Shown here: in pieces, positions 1-10,177 of the stretch
How the letters are laid out: the number at the start of each line of letters is the position of its first letter
Position numbering within the stretch: position 1 is the stretch's first letter
From: Candidatus Multivoradales bacterium
GTDB taxonomy: Bacteria > Acidobacteriota > Thermoanaerobaculia > Multivoradales > Multivoraceae
Direction of reading: 5' to 3'
Assembly: GCA_965223325.1 (NCBI GenBank)
Contig: CBDCWI010000001.1
Coordinates: 608,001-672,000, forward strand
DNA: 64,000 nucleotides
Notes under the pieces: model-generated
The model's input: the letters and a program-made list of their open reading frames with translations, nothing else
What the model was told of the DNA's origin: nothing
The model's database searches: none
Program-made: the position numbers and the translations under genes

Positions 1-472
1 CCTCGAGCTCTCCCACACCACGCGCCGGGAGCATGTCGCGGAGCTCATGCTCGAGGGCACCGCCCACCTCTTCGAACGCCGCCTGCTGATGGCTTCGCGC
101 GGGGACCGCATCATCGGGTGGCGGGGCTCCGGTACGGGCCTGGTGAGTCTGCGGGTTCACACCCTCTCCTTCGCCGCCCACGAGTCGCCGGTCTTTCTCT
201 CGCTTCGCAATGGCTCGGCCTTCTGGCTCGGCACCCTGCCACGAGCCCCGATCCACGATCGGGTGGCGGAGATTTTCGGCGGTCGCTACCCGAAAGACTG
301 TGTCGTCATTCCCATCCGGGTCCGCGATCGCATCGTTGCCAGTCTCTATGCCGACAACCTCGAGGGCAGTGTCGCCGGAACGCCCATCGCCCAGCTCGCC
401 GCTCTCTCTGAAGCCGCGGCGGGAGCCCTGGTGCGCTACATGCGAGAACGCAAGAGCCAGTCGACGCCCTGA
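1..472 (+). CDS. C-terminal part of a protein with a GAF-like domain (5' end outside window)
   Basis: Frame is open from base 2 (LELSHTTRREHVAELM...). The 'VVIPIRVRDRIVASLYADN' strand pattern resembles GAF C-termini. Confidence 0.6.
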   Translation, partial: LELSHTTRREHVAELMLEGTAHLFERRLLMASRGDRIIGWRGSGTGLVSLRVHTLSFAAHESPVFLSLRNGSAFWLGTLPRAPIHDRVAEIFGGRYPKDCVVIPIRVRDRIVASLYADNLEGSVAGTPIAQLAALSEAAAGALVRYMRERKSQSTP

Positions 473-598
473 GTCAACGCGCCCTCGAGAGACCGCCCGA
501 AAGAATCGCGGAAGCGAGCGGGCAAACCGGCGTCGACTGGACTCCCCTCCTGGTGGCGGCTGCCAGACGCCGCCTGGGTGCATTGCCCCGCGAACGAC

Positions 599-630
599 TC
601 CTCAGACCTACGAATCCTCAGACCTACGAA
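599..630 (+). repeat. 16-nt perfect tandem repeat x2 (tcctcagacctacgaa)
   Basis: 599-614 is identical to 615-630; lies just upstream of the Omp28-like gene. Confidence 0.85.
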
Positions 631-649
631 ACTCCGAGAACCCTTATCA

Positions 650-1663
650 GTGACTGAACGCCACGCCCGCCTCCGCCCGCCGAGCGCCCCGGTGCCACCA
701 CTGGTTTCCCTCCCGCTCACCGTTCTGCTCACCGCCGCCCTCCTTCTGGCGACCTTCGCTGGCCTGGCGGCGGCCGACGATCGCCAGGAGGAGAACCCGC
801 AGGAACCACGCACGGTTCTGCTCGAGATCTTCACCAACACCAGCTGCGGCCACTGCCCCGATGGGGATCTCGAGCGCGAGCGCCTGCAGGAGGAGTGGGG
901 CGCGCGGCTGATCGTCGCCGAACACCATCAGTTCGATGCCATGGAGTCACCAGTGGCACACCCCGTCGGCACGGCGATGAATCTGTTCGCGCGCCCAACG
1001 GCTGCCGTTGATCGCACTGATACCCGCGTCTTGATGCGCACACTCTGGGCCGAAGAGCTCGAAGCGAGAATGGCCGAACCGGCCCTGGCACAGGTCTACG
1101 TCGACACCCGTTGGAACGAAACCACGCGCGCTCTCGACATCGCCATGGCAGTCCTCTTCGACAGCTCCACGACCGGCGCACTGACGACTGGCTGTCTGGT
1201 TCTCGAAGACCCTGTGGTTGGCGAGGGGCCCGGCTACGACCAGGCAAACTTCTCGGACGGCGACCCAGACCACCCCTACGGCGATGCCGGCGACCCGATC
1301 GTCGGCTTCGAACACCGCTACATCGTCCGCGAGGCACCCGGCGGAGCTTTTGGAACCACCGATTCGATTCCCGCGACGGTCGCCGCCGGCGACTTGTACG
1401 AGGAACGTTTCGACGTCACCCTTCCCGGCGAAGACGGCCCCGATCACTGGAGCGTCGCCTGCTACGTCGCCTGGGGCGAGGACGGCGGACCGAGCGGACA
1501 GACGTCGCGTGAGATCGAAGCGAGCGCCTGGACACCGATCGGCGGCAGTTCACCGACGACCCTCTTGTCGTTCGACGCCTTCGAAAGTGGCGGAACCGAC
1601 CACTGGGACCACACGCTGGGCGGTGCACCGCCTGGAGAACCTGGCGGCGGCGAAGAAGGCTGA
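650..1663 (+). CDS. Omp28-related secreted thioredoxin-fold protein
   Basis: Hydrophobic signal segment, 'VLLEIFTNTSCGHCPDG' CxxC, 'YDQANF..FEHRYIVR' as in Omp28 proteins. GTG 650 chosen as likely start (ORF open from 578). Confidence 0.75.
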   Translation: MTERHARLRPPSAPVPPLVSLPLTVLLTAALLLATFAGLAAADDRQEENPQEPRTVLLEIFTNTSCGHCPDGDLERERLQEEWGARLIVAEHHQFDAMESPVAHPVGTAMNLFARPTAAVDRTDTRVLMRTLWAEELEARMAEPALAQVYVDTRWNETTRALDIAMAVLFDSSTTGALTTGCLVLEDPVVGEGPGYDQANFSDGDPDHPYGDAGDPIVGFEHRYIVREAPGGAFGTTDSIPATVAAGDLYEERFDVTLPGEDGPDHWSVACYVAWGEDGGPSGQTSREIEASAWTPIGGSSPTTLLSFDAFESGGTDHWDHTLGGAPPGEPGGGEEG

Positions 1664-1673
1664 GGTCGAGCTG

Positions 1674-2084
1674 TCAGCGACCGCAATGGATCACGCAGCG
1701 GCGTTTCGATCCCCGCGTTCGATGCTCCCACAAGAAAACGCCCTGCCAGGTGCCGAGAGCCAGGCGACCCGCGACGATCGGAATCGATAGTGTCGTGGAG
1801 GTGAGAGCGGCCTTGATGTGAGACGGCATGTCGTCGGGGCCTTCTTCGTGGTGCTCGTAGCGACCGTCGCCGCCGTCTGGCACCAGGCGATCGAGAAAGC
1901 GCTCTAGGTCGCGCCGCGCCGCCGGTGACGCGTTCTCCTGAATCGTCAGGCTGGCCGAGGTGTGGCGCACCATGACGGTGCAAAGGCCCTCTTCGAGCCC
2001 AGCCGCCCGGACGACCGAAGACACCGCACCCGTGATCTCCAAGAGGCCCCGCCCCGCGGTCTCGACTTCGATCTGATCGATCAT
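1674..2084 (-). CDS. yjbQ: YjbQ/UPF0047 family protein
   Basis: 'RHTSASLTIQENA', 'HHEEGPDDMPSHIKAAL', 'LGTWQGVFLWEH' motifs; ATG 2084. Confidence 0.9.
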   Translation of the reverse strand: MIDQIEVETAGRGLLEITGAVSSVVRAAGLEEGLCTVMVRHTSASLTIQENASPAARRDLERFLDRLVPDGGDGRYEHHEEGPDDMPSHIKAALTSTTLSIPIVAGRLALGTWQGVFLWEHRTRGSKRRCVIHCGR

Positions 2085-2103
2085 TCGCCGTTTCGAAAGA
2101 AGG

Positions 2104-2961
2104 CTACCGCCTACGACCGGTGTCGAAGGTCTCGCACGAACTCGGGTCGCCGCTCTCGAGGCCGCGACGAAGCCAACCGACTCGTTGCTCGGCACTGCCA
2201 TGGGTCCACGACTCAGGCACTGTGTAGCCCTGAGAACGCTTCTGGATCATGTCGTCACCAATCGCGGCGGCAGCCCGCAGGCCCTCTTCGATGTCGCCTC
2301 GCTCGAGAATGCCGTCGCGCGCCGCGGCGTTTCCCCACACGCCGGCCAGACAGTCGGCCTGAAGCTCTAGCCGCACGGATAGTTCATTGGCCTCAGCCCG
2401 GCCGACGCGGCGCTGCATTTCGTGCACCCGTGGCGCGATCCCGAGCTGGTTCTGGACATGGTGACCGACTTCGTGCGCGAGGACGTAGGCCTGTGCGAAA
2501 TCGCCCGGTGCGCCGAAGCGCCGCTCGAGGGTATCGAAGAACGCGAGGTCGACGTAGACCTTCTGGTCGGCCGGGCAGTAGAAGGGCCCGACGGCGGCCG
2601 AGTTATAGCCACAGGCAGACTGGACAGCGTTGCCGAACAACACCAAGCGCGGCTCGCGGTACTGATGGCCGAGCTGCGGCAGCATGCGGTTCCAGGTGTC
2701 TTCGGTGTGGGCAAGGACACGGCTGGCGAACACACCGAGCTCGTCGTTGGCCGGGCGTACGTCGTGAGTGCTGGGACCGGGCTGTGGTTGGCCACCGGCG
2801 CCACCCACCAGATCCGCAAGCTGGCTGGGATCGGCACCGGTAATCGCAGCGATCACCAGAATGAGAATCAGGCCGCCACAACCGATTGGCATGCCCCGCC
2901 GCATGGCCTGCCCACGACGGTCTTCAACGTTGGTGCTCTGGCGTCTTCCTTCGAGCCGCAT
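2104..2961 (-). CDS. Neutral zinc metallopeptidase (YpfJ-like)
   Basis: 'STNVEDRRG' N-terminus, one TM segment, 'GPFYCPAD', HEVGH zinc motif, 'ELQADCLAG', 'THGSAEQR'. Confidence 0.92.
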   Translation of the reverse strand: MRLEGRRQSTNVEDRRGQAMRRGMPIGCGGLILILVIAAITGADPSQLADLVGGAGGQPQPGPSTHDVRPANDELGVFASRVLAHTEDTWNRMLPQLGHQYREPRLVLFGNAVQSACGYNSAAVGPFYCPADQKVYVDLAFFDTLERRFGAPGDFAQAYVLAHEVGHHVQNQLGIAPRVHEMQRRVGRAEANELSVRLELQADCLAGVWGNAAARDGILERGDIEEGLRAAAAIGDDMIQKRSQGYTVPESWTHGSAEQRVGWLRRGLESGDPSSCETFDTGRRR

Positions 2962-3124
2962 GACGGTCTACCTCTCTAGCGCCCCTCGGTCTTCTGACCG
3001 GGGGGCCGGGTCTGTGTGAACGGGATGGTTGGACCTATTGTCTCAGATGATGGCCCCGATCGCTGGAGCCAACCCTACGCTGGTGCCTCGTCCTGACGCC
3101 GCACGAGTCAGGATCGCCGCTGGC

Positions 3125-3130
3125 TATACT
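3125..3130 (+). promoter_or_regulatory. -10 box TATACT 7 nt before ATG (leaderless promoter)
   Basis: tggcTATACTgcgcgcaATG; no SD present. Confidence 0.6.
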
Positions 3131-3137
3131 GCGCGCA

Positions 3138-4322
3138 ATGTGCAACCAGCCAACCGGCTCCCTCTTCGACGGTTTACGGGTCGTCGAAGCCGCGACCATG
3201 GTGATGGTGCCCTCGGTGGGAGCGATCTTTGCCGACTACGGCGCGGACGTCATCAAGGTCGAGCCGCCAGGCGGTGACCTCAATCGCCGCGGCCATCAGA
3301 TTCCGGGAATGCCGGTCTCAGAGCTCGAGTACTGCTATCTGCAGTGCAACCGCAACAAGCGTAGCGTCGTCCTCGATCTGAAAGAGGACCCCGACCTCGA
3401 CGCCTTCCGCCGACTGGTGGCTTCTGCCGACGTTTTTCTCACCAACTATCGGCAGTCGGCACTCACCCGGCTCGGCATCGACTGGCCGACCCTCGAGGCG
3501 ATCAACCCAGGGCTCATCTACGCCCATGGCACTGGCTACGGTGATCGCGGCGAAGAAAGCACCAAACCCGGCTTCGACGCTGTTTGCTACTGGTCACGCT
3601 CGGCCCTCGAAGCCACCATCTTCCCGCTCGAGGGCTGGCTTGGTTCTTTGCCGTACGGTTCAGGTGATCACCCCAGCGGCATGTCGCTCTACGCAGCGGT
3701 CATGACGGCGCTCTTCCGTCGCCACCAGACCGGAAAGGGCGGGCGTGTCAGCACGTCGCTCATCGCCAACGGGGCCTGGAGTAACTCCATCATCATCCAG
3801 GCGCGCCTCGCCGAAGCTGAATTCCTCGAGCCCAGGCCGCGGGCTGAGTCGCGTAACTTCGCCGCGGTCTACTACAAGAGTGCTTGCGATCGCGTCTTCA
3901 AGTTCACCATCGTCGACCATCCCGGCACCTGGCCACGCCTCTGCCGCGCCGTCGGCCGCGAGGAGTGGATCGAGGATCCGCGCACCCGCGACATGGAAGC
4001 GCGCGGACTCCGCATGCCACAGTTGATCGCCGAGCTCGACCTGATCTTCCGCCAACGCGACATCGAACACTGGGCCAGCGCCTTCGAGCGCCATGACGTT
4101 CCGTTCAGCCTCCTCTCCGACTACGACGAGGTCGTCCTCGACCCACAAATGCAGGCCAACGGAGTCTTTCTCGAGTACGACGATCCTGAGTACGGACCGC
4201 TGCGCTCGGTCAACAACCCACTGCAGCTCGACGGCACTGACCAGGTCACTCCCCGAACCGCACCACGGCTTGGTGAGCACACCGAAGAGGTACTACGAGA
4301 GATCGGCCAGCGGCTCGATTAG
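3138..4322 (+). CDS. Family III CoA-transferase (CaiB/BaiF)
   Basis: 'LFDGLRVVE', 'GADVIKVEPPGGD', 'NRNKRSVVLDLK', 'GFD', 'APRLGEHTEEVL'. Confidence 0.93.
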   Translation: MCNQPTGSLFDGLRVVEAATMVMVPSVGAIFADYGADVIKVEPPGGDLNRRGHQIPGMPVSELEYCYLQCNRNKRSVVLDLKEDPDLDAFRRLVASADVFLTNYRQSALTRLGIDWPTLEAINPGLIYAHGTGYGDRGEESTKPGFDAVCYWSRSALEATIFPLEGWLGSLPYGSGDHPSGMSLYAAVMTALFRRHQTGKGGRVSTSLIANGAWSNSIIIQARLAEAEFLEPRPRAESRNFAAVYYKSACDRVFKFTIVDHPGTWPRLCRAVGREEWIEDPRTRDMEARGLRMPQLIAELDLIFRQRDIEHWASAFERHDVPFSLLSDYDEVVLDPQMQANGVFLEYDDPEYGPLRSVNNPLQLDGTDQVTPRTAPRLGEHTEEVLREIGQRLD

Positions 4323-5215
4323 TCGAGGCGCTCGAGCTCGAGCTCGAGCTCGGCAACTCGCGCCTTGCTGGCGGAGGCTTTTTCCTGTTGGTCGGCTAGG
4401 CGCGTGCGGCTGCGCTCTCGGGTGCGCTTGGCGCGGTCGAGGAGTTTCGTGAGTCTCTCTTCTTCCTTTCGCGCCGCGCGCGCTTCGGTGTTGCTCTGCT
4501 GCAGGCGCTCCTGCTCTTCGCGGTCCTTCGCCCGAGCCCGTTGCAACCGCTTCTCCACCATCACACGGCGGGTGGCAAGGGCGCGGGCGCGCGCCTGTTG
4601 GTCGGTACCCTTGCTGGATACTCCCGCCTGCGCCTGGGCCGCCGCCTTTCTCTTCGGGGCCCCGGCCTTTGCCGACTTCTTCGTCCTTTTCACCCTCTTC
4701 GTCTCGGGGAGGCTCGCCGGCATCTTTTGAAGAGTCGCCAGAACCTCGAAGCCCGGTGGCTCGAGCTCACGCTCGAGACGGCCTGGCGCGGGATCGAGCA
4801 GACCAGAACGACCGTGCACCGCGACGGTTTCGAGCGTGCGCTCGATCTTCTGCATGGTCGCCAGGGCCGCCGCATAGGAAGACGCTTCGAGTTCCTCACT
4901 GGCGCGTTTCATCAAGGCCTCGATCGCGGCGCGGCGGGAAGCACCAGCTGCGGCGATGCCGGCGACGTCACCTTCCTGCTGAGCGAGCCGCTGAGCCTCC
5001 CCGGCCTCGACCAGGCTTGCAAAGCCGTCCTGGTCTCCAAGAGCCAGCCGATTGACGACCCAACCGACGACGTTGGGTTTCTTGAGCCGGGCGACCGCCT
5101 GCGCCTCTTCTTTCTGCCCGCTCTCTTCGAGGGCACGGGCAGCCGCTTTGCGCTCCTCGATGAACGAAGAAAGCGGGACCTGGTAGAGCCGGTCCAGAAG
5201 CTCGTCGAGCTGCAT
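4319..5215 (-). CDS. Hypothetical coiled-coil protein
   Basis: N-terminal 'LY..P...F...R....KKP....W.VN' pattern seen in conserved hypotheticals; long charged helix; TATCAT 6 nt upstream of the ATG. Confidence 0.7.
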   Translation of the reverse strand: MQLDELLDRLYQVPLSSFIEERKAAARALEESGQKEEAQAVARLKKPNVVGWVVNRLALGDQDGFASLVEAGEAQRLAQQEGDVAGIAAAGASRRAAIEALMKRASEELEASSYAAALATMQKIERTLETVAVHGRSGLLDPAPGRLERELEPPGFEVLATLQKMPASLPETKRVKRTKKSAKAGAPKRKAAAQAQAGVSSKGTDQQARARALATRRVMVEKRLQRARAKDREEQERLQQSNTEARAARKEEERLTKLLDRAKRTRERSRTRLADQQEKASASKARVAELELELERLD

Positions 5216-5283
5216 CCGGCCATGATAGCCAAGGGCCGCGCGCAGCCACGCGGGACCTCAGGCACGGTCCGCACGCGACCTTG

Positions 5284-7251
5284 CTAAACGGTCGCGTCGA
5301 GAACCTCGCGCACCCGCTCGCAGAGGCTGTTGGGCGAGAAGGGTTTTTGCAGGAAGTGGGTCTCGGGCGGCAGTTTGTGCTGCATTCCGATCGAACCGCG
5401 CGGGTAGCCGGAGATCAGCAGGACGCGCAGGTTCTCGTACCGTTCGCGCAGCTCGCGCGCCAGGTCATCGCCGTTCATTCCGGGCAGAACGACGTCGGTT
5501 AGCAAGAGGTCGATCGATCGCGGGTGCTCTCCACAGAGCTCGAGTGCCTCTTCGGCACTTCCGGCCTCGATGACGTCGTAGCCTTTGTCTTTCAAGACTT
5601 CGCGCACCAGCTGACGGACAGCGCCTTCGTCTTCGACCAGGAGCACCATCTCGTCACCCGAGGGTGCTTCGGTTTCGACTTCTTCGTCGGTCATGCGGGG
5701 ATCGACGTTGCGGTTGGTCGGCGGCAGGTAGATGTTGACCCGCGTTCCGTCGCGCGGCGAAGACGAGATCTCGGTATACCCGTCGCTTTGTTTGACGATG
5801 CCGTAGACCATCGAAAGACCGAGACCGGTTCCCTGTCCGGCAGGCTTGGTGGTGAAGAACGGTTCGAACACCCGGGAGCGGGTCTTCTCGTCCATTCCAC
5901 AACCAGTGTCGGACACCGAGAGGCGAACGTAGGACCCCGCCCTGAACCCGTGAAGTTCCTTGACGTCCTCGGCCGTGACCTCGACGTTCGAGGTTTCGAG
6001 CACCAGCGTGCCACCGTCGCGCATTGCGTCGCGGGCGTTGACGGCCAGGTTCATGATCACCTGCTCCATCTGGCCCTGGTCGGCACGCACCATGCGCAAC
6101 TCGGGGTCGAGACGCTGGGCAAGTTTGATGTCTTCGCCGATCACTGGGGCCAGGAGGCTGCGCACGTTGCGCACCACCTCGTTCAGGTCGATCACCCGCG
6201 GCTGCAGAATCTGGCGGCGACTGAATGCCAGGAGTCGCGCGGTTAGAGAAGCGGCGCGTTCTCCCGAACGTTTGATCGCACGGATGTTGGTGGCGGTCGG
6301 ATCGTCTTCGGCGAGCTGTGAGAGCGACAAATCGGCGTAGCCATTGATCGCCGTCAGAAGGTTGTTGAAGTCATGGGCTACGCCGCCAGCCAGGCGACCG
6401 ACGGCCTCCATTTTGTTGGCCTGGTGAAGCCGCGCCTCGAGTGACTTGCGTTCACTGATATCGAGCAGGATCCCGGTGGCGCGCAGCGGCCGGCCGTCGC
6501 CGTCGCGCTCGACCACCAGGCCACGATCGAGGACCCACTTCCACTCACCGTGGGCGGTCTTGATGCGATGTTCACTCTGATAGACGTCCGAGTGGCGGTT
6601 GAAGTGCGACTGGATCGCCAGCATCATGCGCTCGCGATCGGCGGGGTTGACTAATTCCCGCAGGCCCTCGAACGTCCCGTCGAACTGACCTGGCTCGAGG
6701 CCGAGAATCTCGGTCCAGCGTTCGCTGACGATGAATTCGCCTGAGTCGACCTGCCAGTTCCAAAGACCCAGACCACTACCCCACAGCGCCAGGTCGAGGC
6801 GTTCTTCGCTGACACGTAGGCGGGCCTCGGTGAGCTTGCTCTCGGTCAGGTCATGTCGAATGACCAGAGCTCCGCGCGGGGCGAACTCACCGGTTGGCGT
6901 GACCACGACACGAAACCAGCGTTGTTCGCCGCCGAGCTCGACAAACCAATCATGCTCGAATAGATCCGTCGCCCCTGAAATGACCTCGGCGATGCCCACG
7001 CGCGTCGCCTCGACGCCGTCGGCGGAAGGCGCGGCAAACGTGTCGAGCTGGCCCAGGCGAGTGCCGAGCGGCACGCGGGTCATCCAGCTGCCGTCCGTAT
7101 CCTCCCCATCGGCCCGATTGGAATAGACCAGGGTGCCGCTCTCGTCAAAGAGCGCCACCGGACTCGGGTACAAGTCGAGGATATGAGCCTGCTCGGAGAC
7201 GCGGCGGTCCAGCCCGCGCCCCGCGTAGGGGCTCTTGATTCTGGAGGACAT
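5284..7251 (-). CDS. PAS-domain hybrid sensor kinase/response regulator (CckA-like)
   Basis: PAS/PAC, H-box '[11 protein letters not shown]', N/G boxes 'NARDAM', 'DTGCG', 'GTGLGL', C-terminal receiver 'LLLTDVVLP'. ATG 7251 is the likely start. Confidence 0.92.
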   Translation of the reverse strand: MSSRIKSPYAGRGLDRRVSEQAHILDLYPSPVALFDESGTLVYSNRADGEDTDGSWMTRVPLGTRLGQLDTFAAPSADGVEATRVGIAEVISGATDLFEHDWFVELGGEQRWFRVVVTPTGEFAPRGALVIRHDLTESKLTEARLRVSEERLDLALWGSGLGLWNWQVDSGEFIVSERWTEILGLEPGQFDGTFEGLRELVNPADRERMMLAIQSHFNRHSDVYQSEHRIKTAHGEWKWVLDRGLVVERDGDGRPLRATGILLDISERKSLEARLHQANKMEAVGRLAGGVAHDFNNLLTAINGYADLSLSQLAEDDPTATNIRAIKRSGERAASLTARLLAFSRRQILQPRVIDLNEVVRNVRSLLAPVIGEDIKLAQRLDPELRMVRADQGQMEQVIMNLAVNARDAMRDGGTLVLETSNVEVTAEDVKELHGFRAGSYVRLSVSDTGCGMDEKTRSRVFEPFFTTKPAGQGTGLGLSMVYGIVKQSDGYTEISSSPRDGTRVNIYLPPTNRNVDPRMTDEEVETEAPSGDEMVLLVEDEGAVRQLVREVLKDKGYDVIEAGSAEEALELCGEHPRSIDLLLTDVVLPGMNGDDLARELRERYENLRVLLISGYPRGSIGMQHKLPPETHFLQKPFSPNSLCERVREVLDATV

Positions 7252-7456
7252 CAGGAGGGGTCGTCCATCAGGCGAACGAAACAAGTAGTGACTGTGTGGG
7301 CTCGAGGAGGGCGTACGACATAGGCCACGCTGCCCTCTTTCCAGGCAGACGCCACCAGAATTTGAAGATTCTAACGGGTGGAGGGTCCACAGCGCGAACC
7401 CTCCCCCGCACCCTTTGCGTCCCGCCACCCCAGGGCCTCTGGGTCCTTGAACGACA

Positions 7457-7484
7457 AACACCCCCTCTGGGAGAAGGGGGTGTT
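7457..7484 (-). terminator. Intrinsic terminator-like hairpin after the lipoprotein gene
   Basis: aacaccccct/agggggtgtt 10-bp stem followed by tgtcgtt on the minus strand. Confidence 0.6.
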
Positions 7485-7539
7485 GCGGTGTTTCCGAGTG
7501 CTCTACGACGGCTGGCCGCCGATTGACTGGTCGGGGTCC

Positions 7540-8202
7540 TCAGTCGAGGTACAAGGTATAGGCGATGTTGCGGAGCTCGGCGAGCTCGTTTCCGGCCATG
7601 CCGGTGGCGGTGACGTTGATCAGCTCTTCACCGCTCGTCGAGGGAACCAGGAGCACGATGCTCTGTAGCGGAAAGCCCTGAAACGTCCACTCGACAACGT
7701 ACTCGAAGCCCTTGGTGACGTCGTCCTTGAGCGTGATGACCTCCTGGGCGATGACCTTCGCCTCACCACCACCGAGCTGTGCCATTTGTGCCTCGGTGGC
7801 CGCGGCCGCTTCTTCGAGGGAGGAATCACCGCTATATGGCGTCACGTTGACGTCGACGCGCGGTGCCATCATCGGCGATGCCGCGGTCAGGCGGCCGGCA
7901 GGAGCCTGCGCCTCCTCGGTGGTGAAATCGCTCGGGTAGTGAAGGCGGAAACCATAGTCAGCATCGACGAACTCGGTCGACTCCCATTCGGGTGCCTGGA
8001 AGGGGGTCTTGACAGGTGCCTCGGCGGCCGCGCTGCGATCGGCGGCGCCGCCGCTACCCGTCGAGGCACAGGCAACGAAACCGGTGGCCGCGAGCAACGC
8101 GACGGTGACGCGCATGAAATTCTTGATGTTGAGGGTGTTCGTAGTGGTCTCGAGCTTGAACTTGCGATTCATGGTTGGTAGAGGTTCCTTATTCCGTTCC
8201 AT
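7540..8202 (-). CDS. Lipoprotein, possible PsbP/Mog1-like fold
   Basis: Lipobox 'FVAC', 'YGFRLHYPSDF' motif. True start may be one of the downstream Mets. Confidence 0.65.
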   Translation of the reverse strand: MERNKEPLPTMNRKFKLETTTNTLNIKNFMRVTVALLAATGFVACASTGSGGAADRSAAAEAPVKTPFQAPEWESTEFVDADYGFRLHYPSDFTTEEAQAPAGRLTAASPMMAPRVDVNVTPYSGDSSLEEAAAATEAQMAQLGGGEAKVIAQEVITLKDDVTKGFEYVVEWTFQGFPLQSIVLLVPSTSGEELINVTATGMAGNELAELRNIAYTLYLD

Positions 8203-8324
8203 TAACTGTCATTCGGTTGACTGTGACTGATTTTGGTCGGTGAAGCGTATCGGTGAGGCTGTTCAACAATACGCGACCAGCCGTCAGAGGTTGCTGTCAC
8301 CTTCTGAAGTACAGACGGTCAGGG

Positions 8325-9758
8325 TCAACCGACACCAGGTTCTCGGGCGACTCGGGCGCTCCCGCCTTCGGCCAGTGAAGCGCCGTCAGAGTGGGTCTGG
8401 TCAGCTGCCATCCGATCGCGCAGGCTCTTGCCCATCCAGCCGTCGCTTCTGAATCGGAGAGCCAGCACGGTCGACATAACGGCAAGATGGAGCACGAAGC
8501 ACCAAAAGGCAGCGACCATGCCATAGCGAGGACCGACAATCGCGACGACCGGCACGAACAGCAGCCAGGCGCTCAGGATGTTGACCCACATCGGAAACGC
8601 TGTATCCCCCGCCCCGCGCAGCGCCCCTGAGAACACCATGAACCAGAGGTCGAGAATCAGGCACACCACCACGACCCGAAAGACCGGGCGCGCGAAGGGA
8701 CGGATCAATTCGAGATCGTGGCCCTGGGCGAAAAGCGCCATCAGCTGTTCGGGCAACAACAAATAGACCGCCGCCAGCGCCGCCATCAACAGGTAACCGA
8801 TCCGCAGAACCCGCTTGACGGCCAGACGAGCCCGCGTCGGATCGCCGGCGCCGACGCACTGCCCGGTGAGGGTCGTCCCGGTCACCGAGAGACCGAATCC
8901 GGCCATGAAGGCGACGCTCCAGTTCTGGATAACCGCCTGGGTTGCCGCCATCTCTGCTTCGCCGAGGCGCGCGATGATGATCGAGAAGACACTCACTCCG
9001 CCCATCTCCATGAAGTGCTGCAGCCCGATCGGCACACTGATGATCAACAGGCCGCGCATCATCTCCGAGTCGAAGCCGAAAGCGCTAGCGACACGGTACT
9101 CGCGACGGAAGTAGCCAACGAACAGCGACAAGAAGAGCACCAGGCCGACCAGAAGCTGCGCCAGGACCGTACCCAGGGCCGAACCCCAGGCGCCCAGCTC
9201 GGGGGCGCCCAGCCGGCCGAAGATGAAGGCGTAGTTGAGCAGGCAGTTGAGAATCAGCTGCACCACCGACGACACCATCGGAACGAACGTGCGGCCGAGA
9301 CCGCGATAGAACGAGTCAGCCACCAACAGCGGCACCAGCGTGATCGCTGAAAGTAGCCGCACTTTCATATAGGGCTCGCACACCGCGCGCACCCCTTCGC
9401 CAGGGTCAACCAGGCGAAAGAAGGTCGGAATGAGGGGCCAGAAGAGCACCAGAACCACACCGATCACGATGCCCATGAACAAGCCGTGCCAGACGGCACG
9501 TCCGACCCCGAAGCGGTCGCCGGCACCTTCAGATTGGGCGACCGCGGTGTTGACCCCCGAAAGTGCGCCCACCAGGAACGACAGCAACCACCACACCGTC
9601 AGGGCGCCGAGCCCGACGCCGGCCAGGGCAGTGACTCCCAGGCGGCCCACCATCACGGTGTCGATGAAACCCATGGCGGTGTACGTCACCTGGGTCAACA
9701 TCACCGGTGTCGCGATCGCAAAGATGCGCCGGTACGAGATATCTACTTTGTTCTTCAT
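8325..9758 (-). CDS. MATE family efflux transporter
   Basis: About 12 TM segments, 'FIDTVMVGRLG', 'RGLGRT..PM', 'LRGAGDT' repeat. Confidence 0.93.
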   Translation of the reverse strand: MKNKVDISYRRIFAIATPVMLTQVTYTAMGFIDTVMVGRLGVTALAGVGLGALTVWWLLSFLVGALSGVNTAVAQSEGAGDRFGVGRAVWHGLFMGIVIGVVLVLFWPLIPTFFRLVDPGEGVRAVCEPYMKVRLLSAITLVPLLVADSFYRGLGRTFVPMVSSVVQLILNCLLNYAFIFGRLGAPELGAWGSALGTVLAQLLVGLVLFLSLFVGYFRREYRVASAFGFDSEMMRGLLIISVPIGLQHFMEMGGVSVFSIIIARLGEAEMAATQAVIQNWSVAFMAGFGLSVTGTTLTGQCVGAGDPTRARLAVKRVLRIGYLLMAALAAVYLLLPEQLMALFAQGHDLELIRPFARPVFRVVVVCLILDLWFMVFSGALRGAGDTAFPMWVNILSAWLLFVPVVAIVGPRYGMVAAFWCFVLHLAVMSTVLALRFRSDGWMGKSLRDRMAADQTHSDGASLAEGGSARVAREPGVG

Positions 9759-9830
9759 TGTTTTCTATCCTGCGGCCGCTTACATTGTGCGGCGCCTGGT
9801 CGAACCTGGAAATCGGTGGGCCTCTCCTAA

Positions 9831-9870
9831 CGAAAAAGAGCCCTGGGCTTCGGTGGCCCAGAGCTCTTTC
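9831..9870 (-). terminator. Intrinsic terminator/attenuator upstream of MATE
   Basis: Minus strand AAAGAGCTCTGGGC-caccgaa-GCCCAGGGCTCTTTTT: long stem with a U tract. Confidence 0.8.
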
Positions 9871-9916
9871 GTTCGCGTCCACAGAGGAGATCTCCTCGGG
9901 TTCGATTTCGCGAAGG

Positions 9917-10135
9917 TCAGACGATTGGGCCTTCCTCACTCGTGTCACCAACGACTCCGGCGGTGGAGCCCTGGGCCAGTCGCGGCCTCTTCACAGAGGC
10001 CTGGCTGAACACCGAGCTGCCAGAGCCTGTGTTGCTAGAGACGGTGCTGCCAGAGACCGTGCTGCTAGAGACCGTGCTGCCTGAGACAGCGGGCGTCATG
10101 GTCATCGGTTGAGTGATGGAGGTCGAGGTCTTCAT
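9917..10135 (-). CDS. Ser/Thr-rich 72-aa small ORF, putative leader peptide
   Basis: SD AGGAG upstream of ATG; own promoter; 25 of the first 47 residues are Ser/Thr. Confidence 0.55.
   Translation of the reverse strand: MKTSTSITQPMTMTPAVSGSTVSSSTVSGSTVSSNTGSGSSVFSQASVKRPRLAQGSTAGVVGDTSEEGPIV
10033..10087. repeat. 15-nt tandem repeat x3.7 encoding VS(G/S)ST
   Basis: tgc(t/c)agagac(g/c)gtgc units at 10033, 10048, 10063 and a partial unit at 10078. Confidence 0.85.
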
Positions 10136-10177
10136 CGTCTGAACTCCTGCGGGCCGCGGACCGGCCGCAGAGCGGTC

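Noticed and set aside
9917-10135. Ser/Thr-rich ORF as a RiPP precursor exported by MATE
   Set aside because: No dehydratase, YcaO, radical SAM or peptidase is adjacent; the terminator/antiterminator layout suggests regulation instead.
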